In this document: in pieces, positions 20,361 to 28,858 of the stretch
How positions within the stretch are numbered: position 1 is the stretch's first letter
Layout: each line of letters opens with the position of its first letter
Origin: Verrucomicrobiota bacterium
GTDB taxonomy: Bacteria > Verrucomicrobiota > Verrucomicrobiia > Limisphaerales > SIBE01
Direction of reading: 5' to 3'
Assembly (NCBI GenBank): GCA_021733945.1
Contig: JAIPJX010000005.1
Coordinates: forward strand, 12,034-76,033
Length of the DNA: 64,000 nucleotides
Translations under genes and position numbers: made by a program
The notes under the pieces: model-generated
Told to the model about the DNA's origin: nothing
Seen by the model: only the letters and a program-made list of their open reading frames with translations
Databases searched by the model: none

Positions 20361-22649
20361 TCAAGGTTTTTTTCGCGCCGCCTCCTGGATGTTTTGAACG
20401 GCGGCGCGGGCGGCGCGGCGGACACTGTCCTCCTTGTCATCGCGGAGTTTTTGGAGTTCCGGAATTGCACTCGTGGAGCGAGCGCCGAGCTGGCTGAGTC
20501 GGTCTGCAGCGAATTGGCGAACAAGCCAGTCTTCGTTGGTCAACGCTCCGGTCAAGAGCTCGACATCGCTGGTTCGGATACTTCGCAACACACCCAGCGC
20601 CTGGGTCCGGTCCTCCGGAGAATTGAGCAGGCCGAAGAGATGTGGTTCCGCCGGCTGTGCCCTGCGTCCCAGGTCTCCCAGGGAATCCAGCGCCAGATGC
20701 CGGACTGCCGTGTCGCTGTCGGCAAGACGGTTGGTCAACACCGGGAACGTTTCGCGGGCATCCTGTTCCAACCGGAGGTAGGCATCCAAGGCGGCGAATC
20801 GGGCGGAGGGGGTTCCCAGATCGAGAATGTTCCTGAGCTCGGGAAGGGCCTCGCGACCAGCGGTGCCAAGATTTCCGAGGCTTTCAGAGACGGCCGTCTG
20901 CAGCTCCTTCGGGCCTTCCGCGAGGATTTGAAGCAGGTCGGGCAGAACTGGTTTTGAGACTTCCCCCATCATCCCCAGGGCGCGTACGACTTCCAATCGG
21001 ACCGGCAGGGGCCCATTCTGCAGGCGGTTCTGAAGTGGCTCGAAAGCGAGTTCCGCCGCCGGTCCCATCAAACCAATGGCGCGAGCCGCATTCGAAGCCA
21101 CGATGGCGTCCTCGTCCTCGAGGGCCCGGATGATCAATGGGAGAGCGGGCCGGGCAGCCTTTTGGAGAGCGACCATGCCAATGGCTCCGGCGCGGCGCAC
21201 AGAAAGGTCGTCTGCCGTCAGAGCGGCTTCCGCAATAGGGAACAAATCCTGCGCGGGAGCGGGGATGATCGCCATGGCTTCGATGGCAAGAGACCGCTCC
21301 TTGGAATCCGAGCTCTTCGCAGCCAGCTGCAGTTCCGGGAGCGCTGCCTCAGCTCCGGTTCCGACCTGTTTGAGGAGGGCCAGAGCAGCCTTCCGCGAAT
21401 CAGAATCGCCGGAGCGGAGCATGCCGATCAGTGCGGGCACCGTTTCTGTTCCGAGAGCACGAAGACAATCCGCAGCCCACGAAGACGGCTGCTTTGAAGC
21501 GAAGGACGCGGCGACCACTTCCAAAAGTGCGGGAACGGCAGCATTTCCGATCTGCACCAGAGCGGTCTCAACAGCGGTCGCGGTTTCTGCATCGGTGTCG
21601 GAACTCCGAAGTTTGATCAACTGCGGTATCACAGGCGCTGCCGAGGGACCAATCCGCCCAAGCAGGAAGGCCGCTTCCTTCCGAATGTTTGCGCCGTCAT
21701 TTTCAACAAGGAGCCCCAAAGCCGGCACGGAGGTTGATTCGGGTGGTTCCATCAAAATAAATGCGTTGGCGACCTCGTTGCGCACAGTTTCCGAGTCGTG
21801 CTCGAGATGCAAAACAAGCCTGGCGACGAACCGCGGCGACGCGCAGTGCAGTTTACTCAGCGTGCGCAAAAACACGGCGCGCGTGTCTGCGTCGGTCTCG
21901 CGCTCTTCGGCGTCCAGCAAGACGGTGAATTCGGCTTCGCCGGATATCCCCAACCATTGGAGTGCCAACGCGGCTGCCTGCCGAACCACGGGTCTGTCGG
22001 ATGCCAAAGTGTGCAAAACGGGTTGATGGGCGGGACCGCCAATGGCTCCCAAAGAGATGGCAGCCTGTTCCCGGACATTGGGATCCTCATCACCCAGGGC
22101 ATGGATCAGGAGCGGAACAAATGAATCGGCTTTGGGTCCAACCCATTGCAGCGCCTTCGCCGCTCCGGATCGGACGAACGGTTTCTGATGAGCGAGCGCT
22201 TCGGAGAGTGCGGGAAACGCCGGCTGCCCGATCGAGCCCAGGGCAAACGCAGCACGGTACCAGACTTGCAGCGAGTATCGCGAGGTCGACGACTTCTCCA
22301 ACTGTGTGATTAGGGCGGGAACGGCGTCTCCAGCATCCGGGCCAATGCGCGCCAGTGCGGTTATGGAGTTAAACCAGACCTGATCATCCTGATCATCCAA
22401 CGCTTCAATGAGTGCCGGCACCGCTTCGCGGTCGGGTGGACGCTGCTGGCTGATCTTGTAGGAGGCATCCCTGCGAACGGCCTTGTCGCCCGAGGTCAAA
22501 TCGCTCAGAAGCTTGGCGATGTCCGGGCCGGAAGGCTCTGCTGCCCACACTGCATTCGGCACCAGGCAACCAGCGACGAAGAGCAACGCGCTGGCCAAGG
22601 CAACGGCTTGCCTACCCAACCCCGCCCGGATAAACCCGAAGACGTTCAT
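20361..22649 (-). CDS. HEAT-repeat (PBS lyase-like) lipoprotein
   Basis: About 20 tandem HEAT-like repeats (D..VR..AA.ALG.IG..A..A.P.L...L). The start at 22649 gives MNVFGFIRAGLGRQAVALASALLFVAGC, which has a lipobox. The ORF track extends it to 22724. Confidence 0.8.
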   Translation of the reverse strand: MNVFGFIRAGLGRQAVALASALLFVAGCLVPNAVWAAEPSGPDIAKLLSDLTSGDKAVRRDASYKISQQRPPDREAVPALIEALDDQDDQVWFNSITALARIGPDAGDAVPALITQLEKSSTSRYSLQVWYRAAFALGSIGQPAFPALSEALAHQKPFVRSGAAKALQWVGPKADSFVPLLIHALGDEDPNVREQAAISLGAIGGPAHQPVLHTLASDRPVVRQAAALALQWLGISGEAEFTVLLDAEERETDADTRAVFLRTLSKLHCASPRFVARLVLHLEHDSETVRNEVANAFILMEPPESTSVPALGLLVENDGANIRKEAAFLLGRIGPSAAPVIPQLIKLRSSDTDAETATAVETALVQIGNAAVPALLEVVAASFASKQPSSWAADCLRALGTETVPALIGMLRSGDSDSRKAALALLKQVGTGAEAALPELQLAAKSSDSKERSLAIEAMAIIPAPAQDLFPIAEAALTADDLSVRRAGAIGMVALQKAARPALPLIIRALEDEDAIVASNAARAIGLMGPAAELAFEPLQNRLQNGPLPVRLEVVRALGMMGEVSKPVLPDLLQILAEGPKELQTAVSESLGNLGTAGREALPELRNILDLGTPSARFAALDAYLRLEQDARETFPVLTNRLADSDTAVRHLALDSLGDLGRRAQPAEPHLFGLLNSPEDRTQALGVLRSIRTSDVELLTGALTNEDWLVRQFAADRLSQLGARSTSAIPELQKLRDDKEDSVRRAARAAVQNIQEAARKKP

Positions 22650-22732
22650 CGCTCGTGGGATGGGACGCGTGGAGCCCGTTGCGCCGGTGGAACGGGTTGA
22701 GCGGATGGTTGGCTCGAGGTTCATGGATAAGT

Positions 22733-22765
22733 TCTAAAAAAAAGGTCCGTCGTTTATGACGGACC
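22733..22765 (-). terminator. Intrinsic terminator after the DUF1552 gene
   Basis: GGTCCGTC-gtttat-GACGGACC. On the minus strand it is followed by an approximately 11-nt T/A-rich tract (T-run TTTTTTTT). Confidence 0.8.
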
Positions 22766-22789
22766 CAATTGCCTGGGAGTTGCAACGGA

Positions 22790-24154
22790 TCAGGCATCGA
22801 GCCCGGGCAACAGTCCGGTGGAGTCCCCAAGCCAGTCGGCATGAACCCCCATCCGTTGCATCATGCTCAAGAACAGGTTGTTCAACGGCGTCTCCTGAGG
22901 GTACCGAATGTGGCGCCCGGTCCGCAGGGTGCCACCCCCCCGACCGGCAAGAATGATCGGGAGATTCTCGTTGTTATGCCGGTTGCCATCGCTGATGCCA
23001 GCGCCATAAACAATCATGCTGTTGTCCAGCAGGGACGATCCGTCGGGTTCCCGGATTGTTTTCATCTTCTTGACGATGTAGGCCACCTGCTCGGCGTGAT
23101 ACCGGTTGATGCGTTTGATCTTGTCGTTCTTGACTGGGTCGCCCTGATGGTGGGAAAGCTCGTGATGGCCCTCACTGACCTCGATCTGGCGATAGGCTCG
23201 GTTGCTCCCTTCGTTCGCCAGCATGAAGGTTGAGACACGGGTGACATCGGCCTGGAATGCAAGAATCATGAGATCGCCCATCATGCGTGCGTGCGCTCCC
23301 ATGTCATCCGGCGCGCCGGAAGGTTTTTCAACACCGGCAATCACACGGGCGGTCGCGACGGAATCCATCTCCGCGCGCTCGATGCGCTGTTCGATCTCGC
23401 GAACGGCCGTGAGGTATTCGTCCAGTTTGAGCCGGTCGTTGCCACTGACCCGGCGACTGAGCCGATTGGCGTCCTCGAGTACAAAGTCGAGAATGCTCTT
23501 TTTATAACGCTCGCGAAGCACCAGACTCTTCTCGTGGTCCTTCGCGTCCGGTCCTCCAAAGAGTCGTTCGAACACAAGGCGCGGATTGGTCTCCTTCGTC
23601 ATCGGAGTGACTTCATTGCGCCAGGAGATGTTGTTGGAATAGGCGCAGCTGTAACCGGAATCACAATTCCCCGACTGGCGGCCCTTCTCGACTCCAATCT
23701 CGAGCGAAGGGAATCGGGTTTCGTGCCCGATACGCTCGGCAACGTATTGATCCACCGATACACCCACACGGATCTGGGCGCCTTCACTCTTGAGCGGTTG
23801 GGCACCCGTCAAAAAGGCGGCCGCCGATCGTGCATGATCACCCGGCCCGTCGCCGTTGTTCCGCCCCTTGTCCTGAGTCAGCCCCGAGAGCACGAGCAGA
23901 TCGCGCTGGATGGGTGCAAACGGCTCGAGAATATGAGGAAGTTCAAACGTCGCGCCCTCCCGTTCCGGAGTCCATGCCTGCATGTGCATTCCGTTTGGAA
24001 CAAACATAAACGCCATACGCGTGGGTGGTTTGGAAGATCCGGCGGCAGCCGCAGCGACACGGGCCGGCAGAATCGATTCCATCAAGGGAAGTGCAACGAG
24101 GGCACCCACGCCTTTGAGGAAACCCCGCCGATGAATTGATTGGTTCCTGTTCAT
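22790..24154 (-). CDS. DUF1552 domain protein (Tat signal)
   Basis: MNRNQSIHRRGFLKGVGALVALPL is a Tat leader. The body matches the DUF1552 family as I recall it. A 4-nt overlap with the upstream DUF1592 gene completes the canonical PVC gene pair. Confidence 0.8.
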   Translation of the reverse strand: MNRNQSIHRRGFLKGVGALVALPLMESILPARVAAAAAGSSKPPTRMAFMFVPNGMHMQAWTPEREGATFELPHILEPFAPIQRDLLVLSGLTQDKGRNNGDGPGDHARSAAAFLTGAQPLKSEGAQIRVGVSVDQYVAERIGHETRFPSLEIGVEKGRQSGNCDSGYSCAYSNNISWRNEVTPMTKETNPRLVFERLFGGPDAKDHEKSLVLRERYKKSILDFVLEDANRLSRRVSGNDRLKLDEYLTAVREIEQRIERAEMDSVATARVIAGVEKPSGAPDDMGAHARMMGDLMILAFQADVTRVSTFMLANEGSNRAYRQIEVSEGHHELSHHQGDPVKNDKIKRINRYHAEQVAYIVKKMKTIREPDGSSLLDNSMIVYGAGISDGNRHNNENLPIILAGRGGGTLRTGRHIRYPQETPLNNLFLSMMQRMGVHADWLGDSTGLLPGLDA

Positions 24155-26556
24155 GATTGATCTCGGGAAGTGGTCCGCATTTGAAACGGTCGGCTGTTGA
24201 TGACGCCCAGCACCAGGGCAGAGAACCGGTTGTCATTCTGCTTGAGTTGCTCGACAATCGCGTCGACAGCACATTTATCGTAGTATTCTAACCCACGACC
24301 GAGCGCGTATGTCAACAGTTTCCCGGAAAGCGTCCGGACAAACCGATCGTCGCCTTTGAGTATCGCCTTGAGCTCGCCCGGCCCATCGAACCGGCGTCCG
24401 TCCGGCATCCTGCCTGAAGGATCAATGTCGAACTCCCCATCCTTCTCACGCCACGCACCAATGGCGTCGAACCTTTCAAAGGCGAACCCCAACGGATCCA
24501 TCTTATCGTGACAGGTGGCGCAGTCCGGATTTTCACGATGTTGTTCCGTCCGCTTGCGCAGCGACGCGGCGAAGTCGACGCCTTTGCCCTCTTCGAGCAA
24601 TGGCACACCCGGCGGCGGGGGCGGCGGCGGAGCGCCCAGGAGCTGTTCCAGAATCCATTTGCCACGGCTGACCGGTGAGGTGCGGCCCGGGTTGGAGGTC
24701 AGGGTCAGAATGCTGGCCTGCCCAAGGATTCCGCCCCGCTGCAGCTCGGGCGTCAGACTCACCCTCCGGAATTCTTCACCCTGCACGCCCGAAATACCGT
24801 AGTGCCGTGCGAGTCGTTCGTTGACGAAGGTATAATCGGCATCGAGGAATTCGAGAATGTTACGATCCTCGCTCATGATCGATTCAAAGAAATGCTTGGT
24901 TTCCGACTTCATGGCTCTGCGCAGCTCTTCGTCGAACGTGGGGAAACGCTCCGGATCGGGGGTCGACTCAAAATTCCGGACCTGAAGCCATTGGCCGGCG
25001 AAATTTTCCACGAGCGCCGATGCTTTGGGATCCCGCATCATGCGTCGCACCTGGGCCTCGAGCACAGCAGGTTTGTGCAGACGGTTTTCAGCCGCGAGTT
25101 GAAACAGCTCCTCATCCGGCATGCTGCTCCACAGGAAATACGAGAGACGCGATGCCAGTTCATAACCGTCCAGCACACGAGGTTCGCCGGGTTCGCTCTC
25201 TCCGGGATCAAGTTCCCAACGGAACAAGAACTGAGGCGATACGAGAGTGGCCGCCACACCGATCTGAATGCCCGATTCGAAGCTGTGTCCGTCAGCCCGG
25301 GCCATGTCTGCAAGCCGACCCAGACGTTCGGTGACATCCGCAGAAACCGGCCTCCGAAAGGCCCTGGTAGCGAACCGGGCAAGCAACTCGCGCGAAAATG
25401 CAGCCTCTTCGCCGGGTGCGGGTTTCCGGGGAATGATGCGCTGGTGTGAGAGGGGCGGTGGCGGCGGTGGCCCGTCGAGCGGCCCAACGAGTTCGGCACT
25501 CTTGACAAACAAATTGCGGTCCCCGTTCAGGAGTGGATTGGCGTTGCCGGAGCTGTTGTAATTGTTGAGGTAGGCAAACGTCAGCTTCCGGCTCCCCTTG
25601 TCCAGGGCCATTTTGAAACGATAGGTTTCGGGGTTGTTTTCCTTCGCGGCCACATCGAACACCCGGACCTCGGTGCCATCGACGCGTACCGAGAGTTTGG
25701 GGGCTTCCGGCCCTGCTTGATCGCCGTAGGCTTCGATTCGAAACTCGTATTCTCCACGGATCGGCAGGTTGTGTTCCGCCACAGCCTCGCCCTCGCGCCA
25801 GAATCCCCAGAGTTGCTCATCCTCCTGGCGGACGTTTTCTCCGCTCAGGGATTTTAACGCCGGCCCGGAGAGTGGGAATCTGGGAATCAATTCCGTTTCA
25901 TCGGTGACGATGGCCTCGGCAACCACCCGCCCGGTCGCACCCAGGTATTTTTCAAAGAGCATCGGCGACAGGGAGAGCACATCTCCGATGTTATCAAACC
26001 CGTAACCAACCTCATCTAGGGGAAGTTCCGCCGCCGCATCGACTGTGACCCCGAGCAAATCGCGGAGGGTGTTGCGGTATTCCGAGCGGTTCAACCTGCG
26101 AATCGTGACCCGTCCCGGATCAGTTTCGCCGTCACAGTTAAACTTCTCAAGGCCATGATCCACGAACCGCACGATCATCTTCCGATCCGCCTCGCTGGGT
26201 TGTACTTTTTTCGAAGGCGGCATCTCCCGGTTCTCCAGCATGTCGCGCACTGCGGACCAGAATCGGCGCTGCTGGTACATTTCCGGGGCGGAGGAGTAGG
26301 TCTCCAAATTGACATCCGCCTTCTGTTTGGCATCCGAGTGGCATTCAAAGCAATACTCGGCAAAGAACGGTCTCACGTGTTTGGCGTAGTCGACCGCCTC
26401 GACGGTCGCGGGGAGCGGATCAGAGGCCCGGGTCATGGATGAAGACAACACCCAGAAGGTGAGGCTCACAGCCCAAACGTAATGATAACTGGATCGCAAT
26501 AACATGCCTGGCATTGTTTCCGATAGACTCGGAACCGACTGAGATTTCAGAGTCAT
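24151..26556 (-). CDS. DUF1592/DUF1588/DUF1587/DUF1585/DUF1595 multi-domain protein with CxxCH (PSCyt-type) motif
   Basis: 801 aa. CFECH near the N-terminus and CATCHDKMDPLGFAFE near the C-terminus are hallmarks of the planctomycete cytochrome-like family. Confidence 0.8.
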   Translation of the reverse strand: MTLKSQSVPSLSETMPGMLLRSSYHYVWAVSLTFWVLSSSMTRASDPLPATVEAVDYAKHVRPFFAEYCFECHSDAKQKADVNLETYSSAPEMYQQRRFWSAVRDMLENREMPPSKKVQPSEADRKMIVRFVDHGLEKFNCDGETDPGRVTIRRLNRSEYRNTLRDLLGVTVDAAAELPLDEVGYGFDNIGDVLSLSPMLFEKYLGATGRVVAEAIVTDETELIPRFPLSGPALKSLSGENVRQEDEQLWGFWREGEAVAEHNLPIRGEYEFRIEAYGDQAGPEAPKLSVRVDGTEVRVFDVAAKENNPETYRFKMALDKGSRKLTFAYLNNYNSSGNANPLLNGDRNLFVKSAELVGPLDGPPPPPPLSHQRIIPRKPAPGEEAAFSRELLARFATRAFRRPVSADVTERLGRLADMARADGHSFESGIQIGVAATLVSPQFLFRWELDPGESEPGEPRVLDGYELASRLSYFLWSSMPDEELFQLAAENRLHKPAVLEAQVRRMMRDPKASALVENFAGQWLQVRNFESTPDPERFPTFDEELRRAMKSETKHFFESIMSEDRNILEFLDADYTFVNERLARHYGISGVQGEEFRRVSLTPELQRGGILGQASILTLTSNPGRTSPVSRGKWILEQLLGAPPPPPPPGVPLLEEGKGVDFAASLRKRTEQHRENPDCATCHDKMDPLGFAFERFDAIGAWREKDGEFDIDPSGRMPDGRRFDGPGELKAILKGDDRFVRTLSGKLLTYALGRGLEYYDKCAVDAIVEQLKQNDNRFSALVLGVINSRPFQMRTTSRDQS

Positions 26557-26792
26557 TCTAACCTAAGACGAATCCGCCGCAACGCGAATTCATCGCGTTC
26601 CATCGGTTTCGGAAATTCATACCGTTGAGCGCGAAGGTCCCGGACGGCCGCGGGAGGCAGCCCGCAGGGTGTTCGGCAGGATTCGCCGGACCAAAGCCGG
26701 TGACGGAACCCTTTCCGTTCGAACAATCACCGGGTTGGGCAGATGATCTTTCTTGCATGCCGCAGCCCTTTGTCATAGGAGACATTCCATCT

Positions 26793-28820
26793 ATGAAACC
26801 CAGCCTCCTCTGCTCCCTTGTTCTGTCGGTGTCATTTTCGACGATCGTGTTCGCGGACGGACCTGCGGATAACATGGCGGACAAAGTACGACCGGTGCCT
26901 CCGCCGGGCATCGAGATCTCGGCGCGGGACCGTGCAGAGCTCGAAGCGGGAGTCCAAACCCTGGGTCGTGATTTGGAGGCCCTGCAAACCGAATTGAAGG
27001 ACAAACCCGACCTCTTGAATCTGGTTCCGGATGCCCGGATCTTCCACAACGCCGTCCGGTATGCCCTGCAATACGGCGAATTCTACAAAACCAACCAGAT
27101 CGAAATCGCACGCAAATTCCTGGCGCAGGGAACCGAACGGGCCGCACAACTCCGGGCCGGCACTTCGCCCTGGACCACAGCCACAGGCCTGGTGGCGCGC
27201 GGCTACGTCTCACGCATCGATGGTTCTGTACAACCCTACGGCCTCGTGGTGCCGAACTCCTACAACGTGAACTCGCCCCATTCATTTCGCCTCGACGCCT
27301 GGTTCCACGGCCGGGGCGAAACCCTCAGCGAACTCGATTTCATCAACGGTCGCCAGCAATCCCCCGGTCAGTTCACGCCGGACAACACATTTGTCCTGCA
27401 TTTGTACGGCCGGTACTGCAATGCCAACAAGTTCGCTGGTGAAATCGACTTGTTTGAAGCGCTTGAGAACGTGCAGGCACATTATCCGATCGATGAGAAT
27501 CGGCTGGTGGTGCGCGGGTTCTCAATGGGCGGGGCAGCCTGCTGGCAGTTTGCGGCTCATTATGCCGGACTTTGGGCCGCAGCGGCCCCGGGTGCCGGTT
27601 TTTCAGAAACCGCTGATTTTTTGAAGGTGTTTCAAAACGAAACCGTTCAACCCACCTGGTACGAACAGAAACTCTGGCACTGGTACGACTGCACCGATTA
27701 CGCCCTGAACCTTTTCAACTGCCCCACCGTGGCCTATAGCGGCGAGATTGACCGACAAAAGCAGGCTGCCGACATGATGGCGCGAGCATTGTCCGAAGAG
27801 GGCATCGAACTGACACACCTGATCGGTCCGGGCACCGCTCACCAGTATCACCCTGAGACAAAAAAGGAACTCGATCGAAGGATCGACAGCATCGCCGCGA
27901 TCGGTCGGAATCCCGTGCCCGGCAAGGTCCGGTTCACCACCTGGACCCTTCGCTACAACAAAATGCTTTGGGTCACCGTGGACGCCCTGGGAGAACATTG
28001 GGAACGGGCCCGCGTGAACGCGCAGATCGCAGATGACCACAGGGTCGAGCTCGATACCCTGAACGTCACAGCCTTGACCCTGGAGATGGCACCCGGCTTG
28101 TGTCCCCTGGACACCACCCGCAAGCCAACCGTGGTCATCGACGGCCAGGAGCTCGAAGGAGCAGCCGTCGGATCCGATCGTTCCTGGACGGCCCATTTTC
28201 AGAAGGCGAAAGGCCTGTGGCGCTCGACCTCCGTCCGGGGCGCAGAATCCGGTCTGAGCAAACGACACGGCCTCCAGGGACCGATTGACGATGCGTTTAT
28301 GGATTCCTTCCTGATGGTGACGCCGACCGGCACTCCGCTCAACGGAACGGTAGGCGCATGGACCCGCTCGGAGCAGACCCATGCGATCGGTCAATGGCGC
28401 AGCCAGTTCCGCGGTGAAGCGCGGGTGAAGAACGACACAGAACTGACCGACGAGGACATCGCCGCGCACAATCTCATACTCTGGGGCGATCCCCAGAGCA
28501 ACGCGTTGATTGCGCGAATCGCGGACAAACTCCCAATCCGGTGGAACGCGCAGGGGGTTCACACCCGCGAAGCGATTTATCCGGCAGATCGTTATGTCCC
28601 GGTCCTCATCTACCCCAATCCGTTGAACCCAGAGCGGTATGTTGTCTTGAACAGCGGATTCACCTTCCGGGAATACGACTATCTGAACAACGCCCGGCAA
28701 ATCGCCAAACTTCCCGACTGGGCGATCGTGGATCTCACAGTCCCAGTCTCATCCCGGGCACCCGGAGCGATTGCAAACGCCGGGTTCTTCGACGAACAAT
28801 GGCAGTGGCGTTCGCACTAG
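26793..28820 (+). CDS. Secreted alpha/beta hydrolase (prolyl oligopeptidase/esterase-like), paralog A
   Basis: The start MKPSLLCSLVLSVSFSTIVFA at 26793 is a signal peptide. GFSMGGAACW is a nucleophile elbow. Collinear with the protein encoded at 32907-35000. Confidence 0.7.
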   Translation: MKPSLLCSLVLSVSFSTIVFADGPADNMADKVRPVPPPGIEISARDRAELEAGVQTLGRDLEALQTELKDKPDLLNLVPDARIFHNAVRYALQYGEFYKTNQIEIARKFLAQGTERAAQLRAGTSPWTTATGLVARGYVSRIDGSVQPYGLVVPNSYNVNSPHSFRLDAWFHGRGETLSELDFINGRQQSPGQFTPDNTFVLHLYGRYCNANKFAGEIDLFEALENVQAHYPIDENRLVVRGFSMGGAACWQFAAHYAGLWAAAAPGAGFSETADFLKVFQNETVQPTWYEQKLWHWYDCTDYALNLFNCPTVAYSGEIDRQKQAADMMARALSEEGIELTHLIGPGTAHQYHPETKKELDRRIDSIAAIGRNPVPGKVRFTTWTLRYNKMLWVTVDALGEHWERARVNAQIADDHRVELDTLNVTALTLEMAPGLCPLDTTRKPTVVIDGQELEGAAVGSDRSWTAHFQKAKGLWRSTSVRGAESGLSKRHGLQGPIDDAFMDSFLMVTPTGTPLNGTVGAWTRSEQTHAIGQWRSQFRGEARVKNDTELTDEDIAAHNLILWGDPQSNALIARIADKLPIRWNAQGVHTREAIYPADRYVPVLIYPNPLNPERYVVLNSGFTFREYDYLNNARQIAKLPDWAIVDLTVPVSSRAPGAIANAGFFDEQWQWRSH

Positions 28821-28858
28821 TTTGAAGCGCCTCCGAGCCGGACGGGACCGCACCCGGT

